This document shows, piece after piece, positions 40,088-51,098 of a stretch of DNA of 64,000 bases. Both the position numbers and the translations under genes were made by a program. The stretch's first letter is position 1; each line of letters begins with the position of its first letter. Under the pieces are notes generated by a model. It saw nothing but the letters and a program-made list of their open reading frames with translations. It was not told where the DNA came from and ran no database searches. Origin of the DNA: an uncultured beta proteobacterium (lineage in GTDB: Bacteria; Pseudomonadota; Gammaproteobacteria; Burkholderiales; Eutrophovitaceae); the NCBI GenBank assembly GCA_963792855.1, contig CAWBXZ010000001.1:154246-218245 (forward strand). The letters run 5' to 3'.

Positions 40088-41425
40088 TTAATCGGCGGCG
40101 GCGATTTGCCGCTGCCATGTTTTTGCGTTGGCAAGCAGTCGGCGCTGATCAATATCATTGAGTTGGCCGTTCGTGACAACTTCACGGCCTTGGACCCAGA
40201 CGTGACTGACATGTTCCCGGCCCGCGGCGTAGACAAGGTGGGACACCGGGTCATAGCAAGGCGCCAGTTCGATGGCATCACTCAAGTCAATTGCCGCCAG
40301 GTCAGCGCTTTTTCCCGCCGCCAGGGAGCCGATCTCGCCGTCGATGCCCAGTGCCTTCGCGCCGTCCAGCGTTGCCATGCGTAATGCGGTGTGCGCCGAC
40401 AAAGTCACCGCATTTTCGCTTTGTGCTTTTGCGACCAGCGCTGCGAGCCGAAGCTCGCCCAGAACGTCGAGCCGGTTGTTGCTGGCGGCGCTGTCCGTTC
40501 CGATACCCGTGTTGATACCTGCGCGCAGCAAGTCACCAATCGGCGCGAACCCGCTCGCCAGCTTCAGGTTGGAAGCAGGGCAGTGGGCCACTGAGCATCC
40601 TTGCGCTGCCAGCATTGCGATCTCGACATCATTGAGGTGAACGGCGTGTACCGCAATCAGGCGAGGGCTCAGCAGCCCGAGCCGCTGCATCCGTTCGAGC
40701 GGGCGCACGCCATGTTTCTTGAGATGCTCGCCAATTTCTCCGGCGGTCTCGTGCAGGTGGACGTGGATGGGCAAGTCGAGTTGTTCAGCCAGCGTGACAA
40801 CCTGCCCGAAACTCTCATCTGATACGGTGTACGGCGCGTGCGGTGCCATGCAGAAACTGAGCAGACTCTCGCTTTTCAGGCTATCCCGGGCCGCCAGGCC
40901 CTTGCGCAGGTAATCCTGGGCATCGCTTGCGTAGGGGGTGGGGAATTCGATCAATACAATGCCGAGAGCGGCACGCATGCCGGACTCGAGAGCGGCGCGA
41001 CCGGCCTGTTCCGGGAAGAAGTACATGTCATTGAAGCAGGTGACGCCGCTTTTGAGCATCTCCGCGCAGGCGAGCAGGGTGCCGTCATAAATGAACTGCT
41101 CGGAGATATGCCGCCCCTCGGCCGGCCAGATGTGTTTCGACAGCCAGTCCATGAGGGCAAGGTCGTCGGCCAATCCGCGAAACAGTGCCATTGCCGCATG
41201 GGTATGCAGATTTACCAGCCCGGGAATCAGGATATGGCCATTGAGCTGGCTCGTTGAGCGGGCGCGATACTGCCGGCGGGCGGCGCTCGCCGGCAGGAGC
41301 CCTACTATCCGGCCCGCGTCGATCGCGACGGCATGCCCTTCCAGAAGAACGCCCGCGGGTTCAACCGGCAGAATCCAGGGTGCTTCGACGATGAGATCGA
41401 TATTCTGTGGATTGTCCATCGGCAC
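40088..41425 (-). CDS. TRZ/ATZ-family deaminase (MtaD-like)
   Basis: PGLVNLHTH, PHAPY, HLHET, HCPASNLKLASG, GTDSAASNN. Confidence 0.9.
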   Translation of the reverse strand: MPMDNPQNIDLIVEAPWILPVEPAGVLLEGHAVAIDAGRIVGLLPASAARRQYRARSTSQLNGHILIPGLVNLHTHAAMALFRGLADDLALMDWLSKHIWPAEGRHISEQFIYDGTLLACAEMLKSGVTCFNDMYFFPEQAGRAALESGMRAALGIVLIEFPTPYASDAQDYLRKGLAARDSLKSESLLSFCMAPHAPYTVSDESFGQVVTLAEQLDLPIHVHLHETAGEIGEHLKKHGVRPLERMQRLGLLSPRLIAVHAVHLNDVEIAMLAAQGCSVAHCPASNLKLASGFAPIGDLLRAGINTGIGTDSAASNNRLDVLGELRLAALVAKAQSENAVTLSAHTALRMATLDGAKALGIDGEIGSLAAGKSADLAAIDLSDAIELAPCYDPVSHLVYAAGREHVSHVWVQGREVVTNGQLNDIDQRRLLANAKTWQRQIAAAD

Positions 41426-41441
41426 TGAGGCAAGGGAGACG

Positions 41442-41470
41442 AAAAAAAGCCCTGCATCAGCAGGGCTTTA
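41442..41470 (-). terminator. Intrinsic terminator of the ompA-like gene
   Basis: Minus strand AAAGCCCTGC-TGAT-GCAGGGCTTTTTTT. Confidence 0.85.
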
Positions 41471-41520
41471 ACAAGATTCGGATTGTAGTTGTTTTCAAGG
41501 CGTCAAGCGATGCCTCCTGA

Positions 41521-42591
41521 TCAGTTGCTGACTTCCTTCACGACCTCTGCGCTGACCGACACTTCGACCCGGCGGTCTGGCTGGTAGCAGTCGATCAGGG
41601 ACTTGCCGCGTACTCCAGCGCATTCGGCTTCGGTCGTAACCGGCATCAACTCACTACGGCCGGCGGTATTGATCTTGCCATCGCTGATGCCGAGTTTGAC
41701 GAGGAACGCCTTGACCGATGCTGCGCGCCGCTCAGAAAGCTTCTGGTTGTACTCAACACTGCCAATCCGGTCCGCATGGCCAACGACCCACACGGTTTCG
41801 AAGTCCGCTTTCGACAGGCCTGATACGAAGCTTTCCAGCTTGTACTGTTCATCGACACGGATGTCGGACTTGTCGAAGGCAAAAAGTGGTTGCGCCTGGG
41901 CATTTACCGTGACGGACTGGTAGGTCGTCACGTCACCGACAGATTCTTCCTGGTAGAGCGGTTCTTCGGCAAAAGTCATTGTTTCATCGCTGGTATCAAC
42001 CGGACCAAGCTCGGTGATTTCTTCTTCCATCACGAACTCTTCCGGGTCGCTGACGCCAGGGCCTGCATCGGGCACATTTTCTTCAGCGAATGTCATTGTT
42101 TCGTCGCTGGTTTCAATGGGGCCGAGTTCGGTGATTTCCTCTTCCATGGAGTACTGTTCCGGCTCACTGACTCCGGGACCCGAGTCGGCGACAGATTCCT
42201 CGCTGTAGGTCATGATTTCAGTCGGGGTCTCGATTGCCCCGAGGTCGGCGACTTCCGGGTCCTCCGGGATTTCATACGTGGTAACCGGGAACTCGACAGG
42301 CTCGTCGGGAAATTCCACCGGGTCACTGACACCGCTGTCGAGTTCGGTGGTGACTGCCTCCTCATAAGTCACCGTCTCATCAGCGTATTCAACAGGGCCG
42401 AGATCGCCAACATCGAGTTCTGCCTCGGTGTACTGGACCGGCGCCAGCTCAGGCGGCGGCGGCTGTACCGTTGACGGAACGACTTCCGCTTCTGTTTCGA
42501 TGCCGGAACTTCCTTGCTCGGACGTCGAGGAGCACGCTGCCAGCGCCGTGCCGATCATGAGCAGTAGCAAGCGATTTGCTTTTCGTTGCAT
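41521..42591 (-). CDS. OmpA-family peptidoglycan-binding lipoprotein with an acidic repeat linker
   Basis: Lipobox LAAC; C-terminal LFAFDKS, GHADRIG..YNQKLSERRA, DRRVEV; divergent from gyrA. Confidence 0.9.
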   Translation of the reverse strand: MQRKANRLLLLMIGTALAACSSTSEQGSSGIETEAEVVPSTVQPPPPELAPVQYTEAELDVGDLGPVEYADETVTYEEAVTTELDSGVSDPVEFPDEPVEFPVTTYEIPEDPEVADLGAIETPTEIMTYSEESVADSGPGVSEPEQYSMEEEITELGPIETSDETMTFAEENVPDAGPGVSDPEEFVMEEEITELGPVDTSDETMTFAEEPLYQEESVGDVTTYQSVTVNAQAQPLFAFDKSDIRVDEQYKLESFVSGLSKADFETVWVVGHADRIGSVEYNQKLSERRAASVKAFLVKLGISDGKINTAGRSELMPVTTEAECAGVRGKSLIDCYQPDRRVEVSVSAEVVKEVSN

Positions 42592-42946
42592 CCCAATTGT
42601 CTCCGTTGAGTGATGGTAAAGAGGACTTAAACTCTAGTATTGTGTCATACATCCCGGATTATCGCTCGCCTCTGGCCCCCGGCACAACATGACATCGGTG
42701 TTGAACGTTGCGTGTTGAATGTTGCTTTCGTCGCGGCATCGATCTGCGGGGAGAAGGTAAAGCAAAAAATATACAGTGCCATCTCGCGTCGGTTGTTTGC
42801 GGTGTGGTATCTTTAGACTTTTTCGCTTGGTCTCAAATGCTTATGACCGCACGGCGGCAATGAATGTCCTGCGGACAACAGCTGTGACCTGTCGCCAGTC
42901 GGCGACGATCTCGCGCTGATCAAGCCAACTCGACAGAATCTTCCCA

Positions 42947-45607
42947 ATGGAGCAGTTCGCAAAAGAAACGCTGCCAATCAGCCTCGAAGAGGAGATGCGG
43001 CGTTCCTATCTCGATTACGCGATGAGCGTAATCGTCGGCCGGGCCTTGCCCGATGTCCGAGATGGTCTGAAACCGGTTCACCGCCGAATACTGTATGCCA
43101 TGTACGAGGCCAATACCCTCTGGAACCGGCCTTACGTGAAATGTGCACGCGTGGTTGGCGAGGTGATGGGTAAATTCCACCCGCACGGCGACAACGCGAT
43201 TTACGACACATTGGTGCGAATGGCGCAGGATTTCAGCCTGCGCTATATGCTGATAGACGGTCAGGGCAATTTCGGCTCCGTCGACGGCGACAACGCGGCT
43301 GCAATGCGCTACACGGAATGCCGTCTGGCGCGTATCTCGGCAGAACTGCTGGCGGACATCGACAAGGAAACGGTTGATTTCGGGCCCAATTACGACGGCA
43401 AGGAACTCGAGCCGCTTGTACTTCCGGCAAAAATACCGAACCTGCTCATCAACGGTTCGTCGGGAATCGCCGTTGGGATGGCTACGAACATCCCGCCCCA
43501 CAATTTGGGCGAGGTCGTCGATGCCTGTCTTGCCATGCTCGACAGACCGGACATAACCATCGATGAACTCATCGAAATTGTGCCCGGACCCGATTTCCCG
43601 ACCCGAGGGATCATTTATGGCACCGCGGGCATCCGCGAAGCCTATCGCACCGGGCGGGGGCGTGTCGTCATTCGGGCGCGCACCCATATTGAGGAGATCG
43701 ACAAGAGCGGCCGTCAGGCGATCATCGTTGACGAGTTGCCATATCAGGTCAACAAGTCCGCGCTCCTGATACGCATCGGCGAGCTGGTCCGTGAAAAGCG
43801 CATCGAAGGTATCTCGGAAATCCGGGACGAGTCCGACAAGTCGGGCATGCGGGTTGTGCTCGAGCTCAAACGCAGCGAAATACCCGAAGTTATCCTGAAT
43901 AACCTGTACAAGGACACCCAGCTTCAGGACACCTTTGGCATGAACATGGTGGCGCTTGTCGATGGCCAGCCGCGCCTGCTCAACCTCAGGCAGATCGTCG
44001 ACGAGTTTATTCGCCACCGCCGCGAGGTGGTCACCCGGCGCTCGGTGTTCGAGTTGCGAAAGGCGCGCGAGCGGGGCCATGTTCTCGAAGGTCTCGCCGT
44101 TGCGCTTTCCAATGTCGACGAGATCATTGCCCTTATCAAGGCGGCCCCCGCTCCCGCTGACGCCAAGCAGCAATTGATGGCGCGGACCTGGCGCTCCAGC
44201 CTGGTCGAGGAGATGCTGGTGCGCTCAGGCGGTATCGAGAGCAAGCCGGATGGTCTTCCGGCCGAGTACGGACTGCACGACGATGGTTATCGTTTTTCCG
44301 ATGTGCAGGCGCAGCGCATTCTGGAGATGCAGTTGCAGCGCCTGACCGGTCTCGAACAGCGCAAGATCGAGGAAGAGTACCGGGAAGTGATGGAGGCGAT
44401 TGCCGATCTGCTCGACATCCTGGCGACCCCGGAGAGAATCAAGGCAATTATTTCTGACGAGTTGAAACAAACGCGACAGGAGTTCGCCGATGCGCGCCGC
44501 AGCGAAATAGAGCAGAACGCGCAGGACATCTCGCTTGAGGACCTGATTGCGCCGGAGGACGTGGTGGTGACCTTGACGCACACCGGCTACATCAAGGCAC
44601 AGCCGCTCGACGATTATCGGGCGCAGAGGCGTGGCGGGCGCGGCAAGCAGGCAGCGAAGACGAAGGAAGACGATTTCATCGACAGCCTCTTCATTGCGCA
44701 CACCCACGATTACATCCTTTGTTTTTCGGACCGCGGCCGCCTCTATTGGCTCAAGGTCTACGAGGTTCCGCAGGGAGGCAGAACGAGTCGCGGCAAACCC
44801 ATCGTCAACGTGGTGCAATTATCCGAGGACGAGAAAATCACCGCGATTCTGCCGGTCAAGGAGTTCGACGATGGTCATTTTGTCTTCATGGCCACTGCCA
44901 ATGGCACGGTAAAGAAGACGCCTTTGTCGGACTTCTCGCGGCCACGGCAAATGGGGATCAGGGCGGTAGACCTGGACGAGGGTGACTACCTCATAGGCGT
45001 CGCGTTAACCAACGGCCATCATGACATCATGCTGTTCTCGGACGCGGGCAAGGCGGTGCGCTTCTCCGAGCAGGATGTGCGGCCGATGGGGCGCACCGCG
45101 CGAGGCGTCAGAGGCATGCGGCTTGGGCCTGACCACCAGCTCATTTCGCTGGTTGCGGTGGAAGACGAGCAACTGGCCGTGTTGACAGCGACAGAAAACG
45201 GATTCGGCAAGCGGACCCAGGTATCGGAGTACACGCGTCACGGCCGTGGAACGCAGGGCATGATTGCGATTCAGACGACCGCACGAAATGGCCGTGTGGT
45301 TGCCGCCAGGCTCGTCGCCAACGATGACGAAATCATGCTCATTACGACCGGCGGTGTCCTGATCCGGACTCACGTCAGTGAGATCAGGGAAATGGGCAGG
45401 GCGACGCAGGGTGTAAAGCTGATCAACCTCGGAGAAGACGAGCACCTTGCCGGACTTGAAAAAATTGTCGACAAGGACGATGAGCAGGATGAGAACGGTA
45501 AAGTCGTCGAGCGAATCGGGAACGGCGTCCGAGACGGGCGACAAGGGCGACTGATCGTTCAACGGTTGCGGGATAGGGGACGCAAGCGAAACCGCGCAAT
45601 CGGTTAA
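42947..45607 (+). CDS. gyrA: DNA gyrase subunit A (tail probably frameshifted; true stop may be 45554)
   Basis: [28 protein letters not shown], GyrA box QRRGGRG. Confidence 0.97.
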   Translation: MEQFAKETLPISLEEEMRRSYLDYAMSVIVGRALPDVRDGLKPVHRRILYAMYEANTLWNRPYVKCARVVGEVMGKFHPHGDNAIYDTLVRMAQDFSLRYMLIDGQGNFGSVDGDNAAAMRYTECRLARISAELLADIDKETVDFGPNYDGKELEPLVLPAKIPNLLINGSSGIAVGMATNIPPHNLGEVVDACLAMLDRPDITIDELIEIVPGPDFPTRGIIYGTAGIREAYRTGRGRVVIRARTHIEEIDKSGRQAIIVDELPYQVNKSALLIRIGELVREKRIEGISEIRDESDKSGMRVVLELKRSEIPEVILNNLYKDTQLQDTFGMNMVALVDGQPRLLNLRQIVDEFIRHRREVVTRRSVFELRKARERGHVLEGLAVALSNVDEIIALIKAAPAPADAKQQLMARTWRSSLVEEMLVRSGGIESKPDGLPAEYGLHDDGYRFSDVQAQRILEMQLQRLTGLEQRKIEEEYREVMEAIADLLDILATPERIKAIISDELKQTRQEFADARRSEIEQNAQDISLEDLIAPEDVVVTLTHTGYIKAQPLDDYRAQRRGGRGKQAAKTKEDDFIDSLFIAHTHDYILCFSDRGRLYWLKVYEVPQGGRTSRGKPIVNVVQLSEDEKITAILPVKEFDDGHFVFMATANGTVKKTPLSDFSRPRQMGIRAVDLDEGDYLIGVALTNGHHDIMLFSDAGKAVRFSEQDVRPMGRTARGVRGMRLGPDHQLISLVAVEDEQLAVLTATENGFGKRTQVSEYTRHGRGTQGMIAIQTTARNGRVVAARLVANDDEIMLITTGGVLIRTHVSEIREMGRATQGVKLINLGEDEHLAGLEKIVDKDDEQDENGKVVERIGNGVRDGRQGRLIVQRLRDRGRKRNRAIG

Positions 45608-45679
45608 GCCGCGCGATCAGATATCGAATGAAAAAGCGACCGGTCCGAAGCGGCCGATCGGAGAACGGGAAGAAATCGA

Positions 45680-46762
45680 GTGACAAGGATTTTTAACTTT
45701 AGCGCGGGTCCGGCAGTGTTGCCGGAGGAAGTGCTTGCGCAGGCGCGTGACGAAATGCTCGACTGGCACGGTGCCGGCATGTCGGTCATGGAGATGAGCC
45801 ATCGCAGCAAGGAATTCGTATCCATAGCCGAAACGGCGGAAGCCGATCTGCGAACGCTGCTTTCCATCCCGGACGAATACAGGGTTTTGTTTCTGCAGGG
45901 CGGGGCAACGTCACAGTTTTCCATGGTTCCGCAGAACCTCCTTGGCGACAGTGTCAGCGCAGACTACGTATGTACCGGTGAATGGTCCCGCAAGGCGATT
46001 GCCGAGGCGCAGAAATTCTGTACCGTCAACATCGCGGCGTCCTCCGAGGACAGGGACTTTACCTACGTGCCGAAACGCGAGTCCTGGCGGCTCGGAAAGT
46101 CCGCTGGGTACGTCCATATCACCAGCAACGAGACCATCGGAGGCATCGAATACCACTGGGTCCCGGACGTGGGTGACGTGCCGTTGGTGGCAGACATGTC
46201 CTCGCACCTGCTGTCGAGGCCAGTTGATGTAAAACGTTACGGCATCATCTATGCGGGCGCGCAGAAAAACATCGGCCCGGCCGGGCTGACGATCGTCATC
46301 ATCCGGGACGATCTGCTGGGGCGTGCCCCAAAGGGTACGGCGGCGATGTCCGATTACAAGATCCACGCCGATAGCGGTTCCATGTACAACACGCCGCCCA
46401 CTTACGCGATCTACGTTGCGGGACTGGTGTTTCAGTGGCTCAAGCGCCGCGGCGGGCTGGATGCGATGGAAAAAACCAATATTTCCAAGGCGCAGTTGCT
46501 TTACGACTATCTCGATTCGACGGATTTCTACGAATCACCGGTCGCCGTAGAAGACCGCTCGCGGATGAATGTGCCGTTCCGGATCAAGGGGGGCGAGCTC
46601 GATGCCGCGTTTCTGGCAAAAACCAAAGAGCAGGGCCTGGTTCAGCTAAAGGGGCATCGCTCCGTTGGCGGGATGCGCGCCTCTATTTACAATGCAATGC
46701 CGATCGAAGGCGTTCAGGCGCTGGTGGAATGCATGCGAGAGTTCGAGCGCGGTCATGGCTGA
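45680..46762 (+). CDS. serC: Phosphoserine aminotransferase
   Basis: NFSAGPA, EMSHRS, GAQKNIGP, GHRSVGGMRASIYN. Confidence 0.96.
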   Translation: MTRIFNFSAGPAVLPEEVLAQARDEMLDWHGAGMSVMEMSHRSKEFVSIAETAEADLRTLLSIPDEYRVLFLQGGATSQFSMVPQNLLGDSVSADYVCTGEWSRKAIAEAQKFCTVNIAASSEDRDFTYVPKRESWRLGKSAGYVHITSNETIGGIEYHWVPDVGDVPLVADMSSHLLSRPVDVKRYGIIYAGAQKNIGPAGLTIVIIRDDLLGRAPKGTAAMSDYKIHADSGSMYNTPPTYAIYVAGLVFQWLKRRGGLDAMEKTNISKAQLLYDYLDSTDFYESPVAVEDRSRMNVPFRIKGGELDAAFLAKTKEQGLVQLKGHRSVGGMRASIYNAMPIEGVQALVECMREFERGHG

Positions 46763-47972
46763 GGGCGGCGTTCGCGACGATGCGAAGCGCGGCAAATTTC
46801 GCATACTGACATTGAACAACATCTCCAGCCAGGGTTTGCAGCGGTTTCCGGTTGAGCACTATCTCGCAGCGCCCGAAGTCGAGGAACCCGATGCGATTCT
46901 GGTCCGGTCGCAAAACATGCACGATCTCGATCTGCCCGGCACCGTAAAGGCAATTGGCCGGGCCGGTGCGGGAACGAACAACATCCCGGTGGCGAAAATG
47001 AGCGCGCGTGGCGTGCCGGTGTTCAACACGCCCGGTGCCAACGCCAATGCCGTCAAGGAACTGGTGCTCGCGGCGCTGCTCATCGCAGCGCGGAACCTTA
47101 CCGATGCGGTGCGGTTTGTCGACACCGTGGAAGGCAGCGACGAAGAAATCAATCGTGTCGTAGAGGCGTCAAAGAAGAATTTCGCCGGCATCGAGTTACC
47201 CAACCGCACACTTGGCGTGATAGGCCTTGGCAAGATTGGCAGCCTGGTCGCGGACGCGGCGATCAGGCTGGGCATGAACGTCTGGGGTTACGATCCCAAT
47301 ATCACGGTTGATGCTGCGTGGAGTCTGCCTGCACAGGTTCAGAAAGCGAACTCGATCGAACAGTTGCTTCGCAAGTGCGAGTTCCTGACGGTGCACGTGC
47401 CGTTAATGGATTCAACCCGCGGGCTGATCAATGCCGGGCGGCTCGCGCTGATGAGCCCCGGTTCTGTGGTGCTCAATTTCGCCCGTGACGGTGTGGTTGA
47501 CAATGATGCCGTGCTGACGGCCCTGAACGCGGGCCGTTTGAAATACTATGTTTGTGATTTCCCGAGTTCCCGGTTCAAGGGGTCCAGCCGGGTCATTGCC
47601 TTGCCGCACCTGGGCGCATCGACGCGGGAAGCGGAGGAGAATTGTGCAGTCATGGTGGCTGACCAGGTGCGCGACTATCTTGAGCACGGAAATATCCGGC
47701 ACGCCGTCAATTTCCCCGAAGTATCGATGGCGCGCGAGTCGCCATACCGGTTGGGCGTTGCCAATTCGAACGTACCCAACATGGTGAGCCAGATTTCCAG
47801 CGCAGTTGCCGAGGCGGGTCTGAATATTCACAACATGATCAACAAGTCACGTGACGACATGGCTTACACGCTGGTCGATGTCGACAGTGCGGTGCCGCCC
47901 GAAGTGATAAACGCAATCGAGAACATTGCCGGAGTGCTGATGGTTCGTTACCTGCCGCTGGAAGGTGGCTGA
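46755..47972 (+). CDS. serA: D-3-phosphoglycerate dehydrogenase with ACT domain
   Basis: RAGAGTNNI, NTPGANANAV, GLGKIG, NFAR, PHLGAST; follows serC. Confidence 0.9.
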   Translation: MAEGGVRDDAKRGKFRILTLNNISSQGLQRFPVEHYLAAPEVEEPDAILVRSQNMHDLDLPGTVKAIGRAGAGTNNIPVAKMSARGVPVFNTPGANANAVKELVLAALLIAARNLTDAVRFVDTVEGSDEEINRVVEASKKNFAGIELPNRTLGVIGLGKIGSLVADAAIRLGMNVWGYDPNITVDAAWSLPAQVQKANSIEQLLRKCEFLTVHVPLMDSTRGLINAGRLALMSPGSVVLNFARDGVVDNDAVLTALNAGRLKYYVCDFPSSRFKGSSRVIALPHLGASTREAEENCAVMVADQVRDYLEHGNIRHAVNFPEVSMARESPYRLGVANSNVPNMVSQISSAVAEAGLNIHNMINKSRDDMAYTLVDVDSAVPPEVINAIENIAGVLMVRYLPLEGG

Positions 47973-47974
47973 GT

Positions 47975-49042
47975 ATGCCGGACCAACTCAAGGATTTGCG
48001 AGCGCAAATCGATGCCGTCGATGATGAACTGCTGCGTTTGTTCAATCAGCGGGCGAAACTGGCCGAAGCGGTAGGTGAGGTAAAAGGCGGAGCCGTTGTC
48101 TACCGGCCGGAGCGGGAAGCACAGGTGCTCAGGCGGATGACGGCACACAACCCGGGCCCGCTGCCCGCCAGGACGGTAGCGCACCTTTTTACGGAAGTCA
48201 TATCCGCCTGCCGGGCTCAGGAAGACATGTTGGCGGTGGCTTGTCTTGGACCGCGCGGCACGTTCAGTGAAGAGGCGCTTGGCAAGCATTTTGGCGGGCA
48301 GGTGCCGCGTGTGATGTGTGCGTCCATTGACGAAGTGTTTCGTGCCGTCGAATCCGGTTCAGTCGGGTACGGCGTAGTGCCTGTTGAAAATTCCACCGAA
48401 GGTGCGGTCGGGCGCACCATGGATCTGCTGCTGGTGACGCCGGGCAAAGTGTGCGGGGAAATCTCGTTGCCGGTCCACCAGAATCTGCTCAGCAAGGCCG
48501 ACAGCAAGGAGAAAATCCGGCGTATCTATTCGCATGCGCAGAGTCTCGCGCAATGTAATGGCTGGCTGTCGCAACACATGCCCGGGGTCGAGCGGATTTC
48601 CGTGGCCAGCAACGCCGAGGCGGCGCGCCGAGCCGGGCAGGAACCGGATGCCGCCGCTATCGCCGGCCGTGCGGCAGCAGAATATTATGGACTGTCGATC
48701 CTGGCGCCAGGCATTGAGGATGACCCCAATAACACCACGCGTTTTGCCGTAATTGGCATGCAGGAAATATCACCGTCGGGCCGGGACAAGACATCGTTCG
48801 TGATGGCGTCGCAGAACCGGCCCGGCGCCATTTTCGATCTGCTGGAGCCGCTTGCCAGGCACCGGGTCAGCATGACGCGGCTTGAATCGAGGCCGTCGCG
48901 TACCGGGCTCTGGGAGTACGTGTTCTTCGTGGACATCGAGGGCCACCAGGAGGACGCGACGGTGAATGCCGCGCTGTCGGAAATCCGGGAACGCGCCGGG
49001 TTCCTGAAAGTCCTTGGTTCCTTTCCCTGTTCGGTCGCGTGA
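47975..49042 (+). CDS. pheA: Chorismate mutase / prephenate dehydratase
   Basis: LRAQID..YRPERE, LGPRGTFS, PVENSTEG, NTTRF, ESRPS. Confidence 0.95.
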   Translation: MPDQLKDLRAQIDAVDDELLRLFNQRAKLAEAVGEVKGGAVVYRPEREAQVLRRMTAHNPGPLPARTVAHLFTEVISACRAQEDMLAVACLGPRGTFSEEALGKHFGGQVPRVMCASIDEVFRAVESGSVGYGVVPVENSTEGAVGRTMDLLLVTPGKVCGEISLPVHQNLLSKADSKEKIRRIYSHAQSLAQCNGWLSQHMPGVERISVASNAEAARRAGQEPDAAAIAGRAAAEYYGLSILAPGIEDDPNNTTRFAVIGMQEISPSGRDKTSFVMASQNRPGAIFDLLEPLARHRVSMTRLESRPSRTGLWEYVFFVDIEGHQEDATVNAALSEIRERAGFLKVLGSFPCSVA

Positions 49043-49050
49043 GATCCGGA

Positions 49051-50172
49051 ATGCCAACTTCGCCACCCGCGGCACGCATTGTTGCCGCTCCGCCGCACGT
49101 TGCGGCCATGTCGCCATACCAGCCGGGCAAGCCTATAGCCGAAGTGGCCAGGGAATTGGGGCTCGTTGAAGCGGATATCGTGAAACTGGCCTCCAATGAG
49201 AATCCGCGCGGCGCCAGCGCCAAGGCACTGAAGGCGATGCAAGCCGCGATGGCGAGCGTTGCCCGCTATCCGGACGGTAACGGCTTCCTGCTGAAACGCG
49301 AACTGGCGCAGTTTCACAACATCGGTCCGGACTCCATCGTACTGGGTAACGGGTCGAACGACGTGCTGGAACTGGCGGCGCTCGCATTTCTCAGTCCCGG
49401 CACATCATCGGTCTATGCCGAGCATTGTTTCGTCGTGAACCGGCTCGCAACGCAGGCTCGCGGTGCGCAGGGTATCGAAGTCGCGGCCCGTGACTTCGGG
49501 CACGACCTGACGGCAATGCACCAGGCAGTGCGTGAAGATACCCGCGTGATATTTGTATCCAATCCGAACAACCCGACCGGGACTTTTGTCGCGCCCAACG
49601 AAGTGCAGGCTTTCATTGAGCAAGTGCGCAGCGACGTGCTCGTCGTTCTCGATGAAGCCTATTACGAATACCTCGAGCCGCAACAACAGTCATCGAGTAT
49701 GGAATGGGTCGCACGGTATCCGAACCTGCTGGTGACGCGCACTTTCTCGAAAGCGCACGGACTCGCAGGCCTGCGTGTCGGCTATGGTGTCGCGCATCCG
49801 CAGGTGGCCGACATGATGAACCGGGTTCGCCAGCCGTTCAATGTCAACAGTGCCGCCCAGGCAGCGGCCGTTGCCGCACTCGACGACCAGCGCTTCCTGC
49901 AGGATAGCGTTGAATTGAATCGGACCGGAATGGAGCAGTTGACGGCAGGGTTGTCGGCGCTCGGGCTCGACTGGATCGATTCGTACGGCAACTTTGTTAC
50001 GGTTCGGGTTGGTGAAGCCGATCGCGTGTTCCGGCAGTTGCTGCAACGTGGTGTCATTGTTCGCCCGATCGCAGGCTACGGTCTGCCTCAGCATCTGCGA
50101 ATCTCGGTTGGGCTTGAGTCCGAGAACAAGCGGCTGATGGAAGCGCTTGCTGCGATTTTGCAGGCATCCTGA
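49051..50172 (+). CDS. hisC: Histidinol-phosphate aminotransferase
   Basis: YQPGKP, KLASNENP, NPNNPTG, DEAY, RTFSKAHGLAGLRVG. Confidence 0.93.
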   Translation: MPTSPPAARIVAAPPHVAAMSPYQPGKPIAEVARELGLVEADIVKLASNENPRGASAKALKAMQAAMASVARYPDGNGFLLKRELAQFHNIGPDSIVLGNGSNDVLELAALAFLSPGTSSVYAEHCFVVNRLATQARGAQGIEVAARDFGHDLTAMHQAVREDTRVIFVSNPNNPTGTFVAPNEVQAFIEQVRSDVLVVLDEAYYEYLEPQQQSSSMEWVARYPNLLVTRTFSKAHGLAGLRVGYGVAHPQVADMMNRVRQPFNVNSAAQAAAVAALDDQRFLQDSVELNRTGMEQLTAGLSALGLDWIDSYGNFVTVRVGEADRVFRQLLQRGVIVRPIAGYGLPQHLRISVGLESENKRLMEALAAILQAS

Positions 50173-50201
50173 ACGGCATTGGCGGACAGGTAACAACGGT
50201 T

Positions 50202-51098
50202 TTGCGGGACTTCCATATCGGAAAACTGGTCGTGATCGGCGTCGGACTCATAGGTGGTTCGGTGGCGGCGGCCCTCAAGCAGAAGTCCGCTGTCGATCGT
50301 GTCCTCGGCGTAGGGCGCAGCAGTGCCAATCTGCAACGCGCCCTGTCGCTTGGAGTCATTGACGAGATTTACGATGACCCGGGCAGTGCGGCGCGCGATG
50401 CGGACATCGTGCTGGTCGCCGTACCAGTCAAGCAGACTGCCGGGATTCTCGAGCAATTGCGCGATGCGGTGCGTTCGGGCGTAATCGTTACCGACGCGGG
50501 CAGCACCAAGTGCGATTTCGTGCGCGTCGCGGAGGAGGTTTTCGGCGCAACTGCGCCAAGCGTCGTGCCGGGACACCCCATCGCCGGGGCGGAACGCACG
50601 GGAGTTGCAGCGGCCCATGCCAGCCTGTTCTCCGGCAAGCGTACGGTGCTCACGCCTTCGCCAGGCACGAACCCGCAAGCCGTGGCCAGTGTCGCCGCAA
50701 TGTGGCGCGCTTGCGGCGCCGAAGTCGTTCAGATGACCGCGCAGCATCATGACGCCGTGTTCTCCGCGGTGAGTCATTTGCCGCACGTCCTCTCCTACGC
50801 ATTGGTCGAGATGATCGCCTCGCGCGATGACGCCGAGGAGTTGTTTTCGTTTGCGGCGAGTGGATTTCGCGACTTCACGCGCATCGCCGGCAGTTCACCC
50901 GAGATGTGGCGCGATATCTGTTTTGCGAATTCGGAGCAGTTGTTGCGCGATATCGACGCTTACCAGCGCGCGCTGGCAGTGCTGGCGGAGCATATCCGGT
51001 CAGGCGACTGGCAGGCGCTCGAGGCGGTATTCGCCGCCGCCGCAAACGCGCGTAATGCCTGGGTAGCCGGATCGAAACAAACTGGCGCGTTGACATGA
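50202..51098 (+). CDS. tyrA: Prephenate/arogenate dehydrogenase
   Basis: [34 protein letters not shown]. Confidence 0.92.
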   Translation: MRDFHIGKLVVIGVGLIGGSVAAALKQKSAVDRVLGVGRSSANLQRALSLGVIDEIYDDPGSAARDADIVLVAVPVKQTAGILEQLRDAVRSGVIVTDAGSTKCDFVRVAEEVFGATAPSVVPGHPIAGAERTGVAAAHASLFSGKRTVLTPSPGTNPQAVASVAAMWRACGAEVVQMTAQHHDAVFSAVSHLPHVLSYALVEMIASRDDAEELFSFAASGFRDFTRIAGSSPEMWRDICFANSEQLLRDIDAYQRALAVLAEHIRSGDWQALEAVFAAAANARNAWVAGSKQTGALT

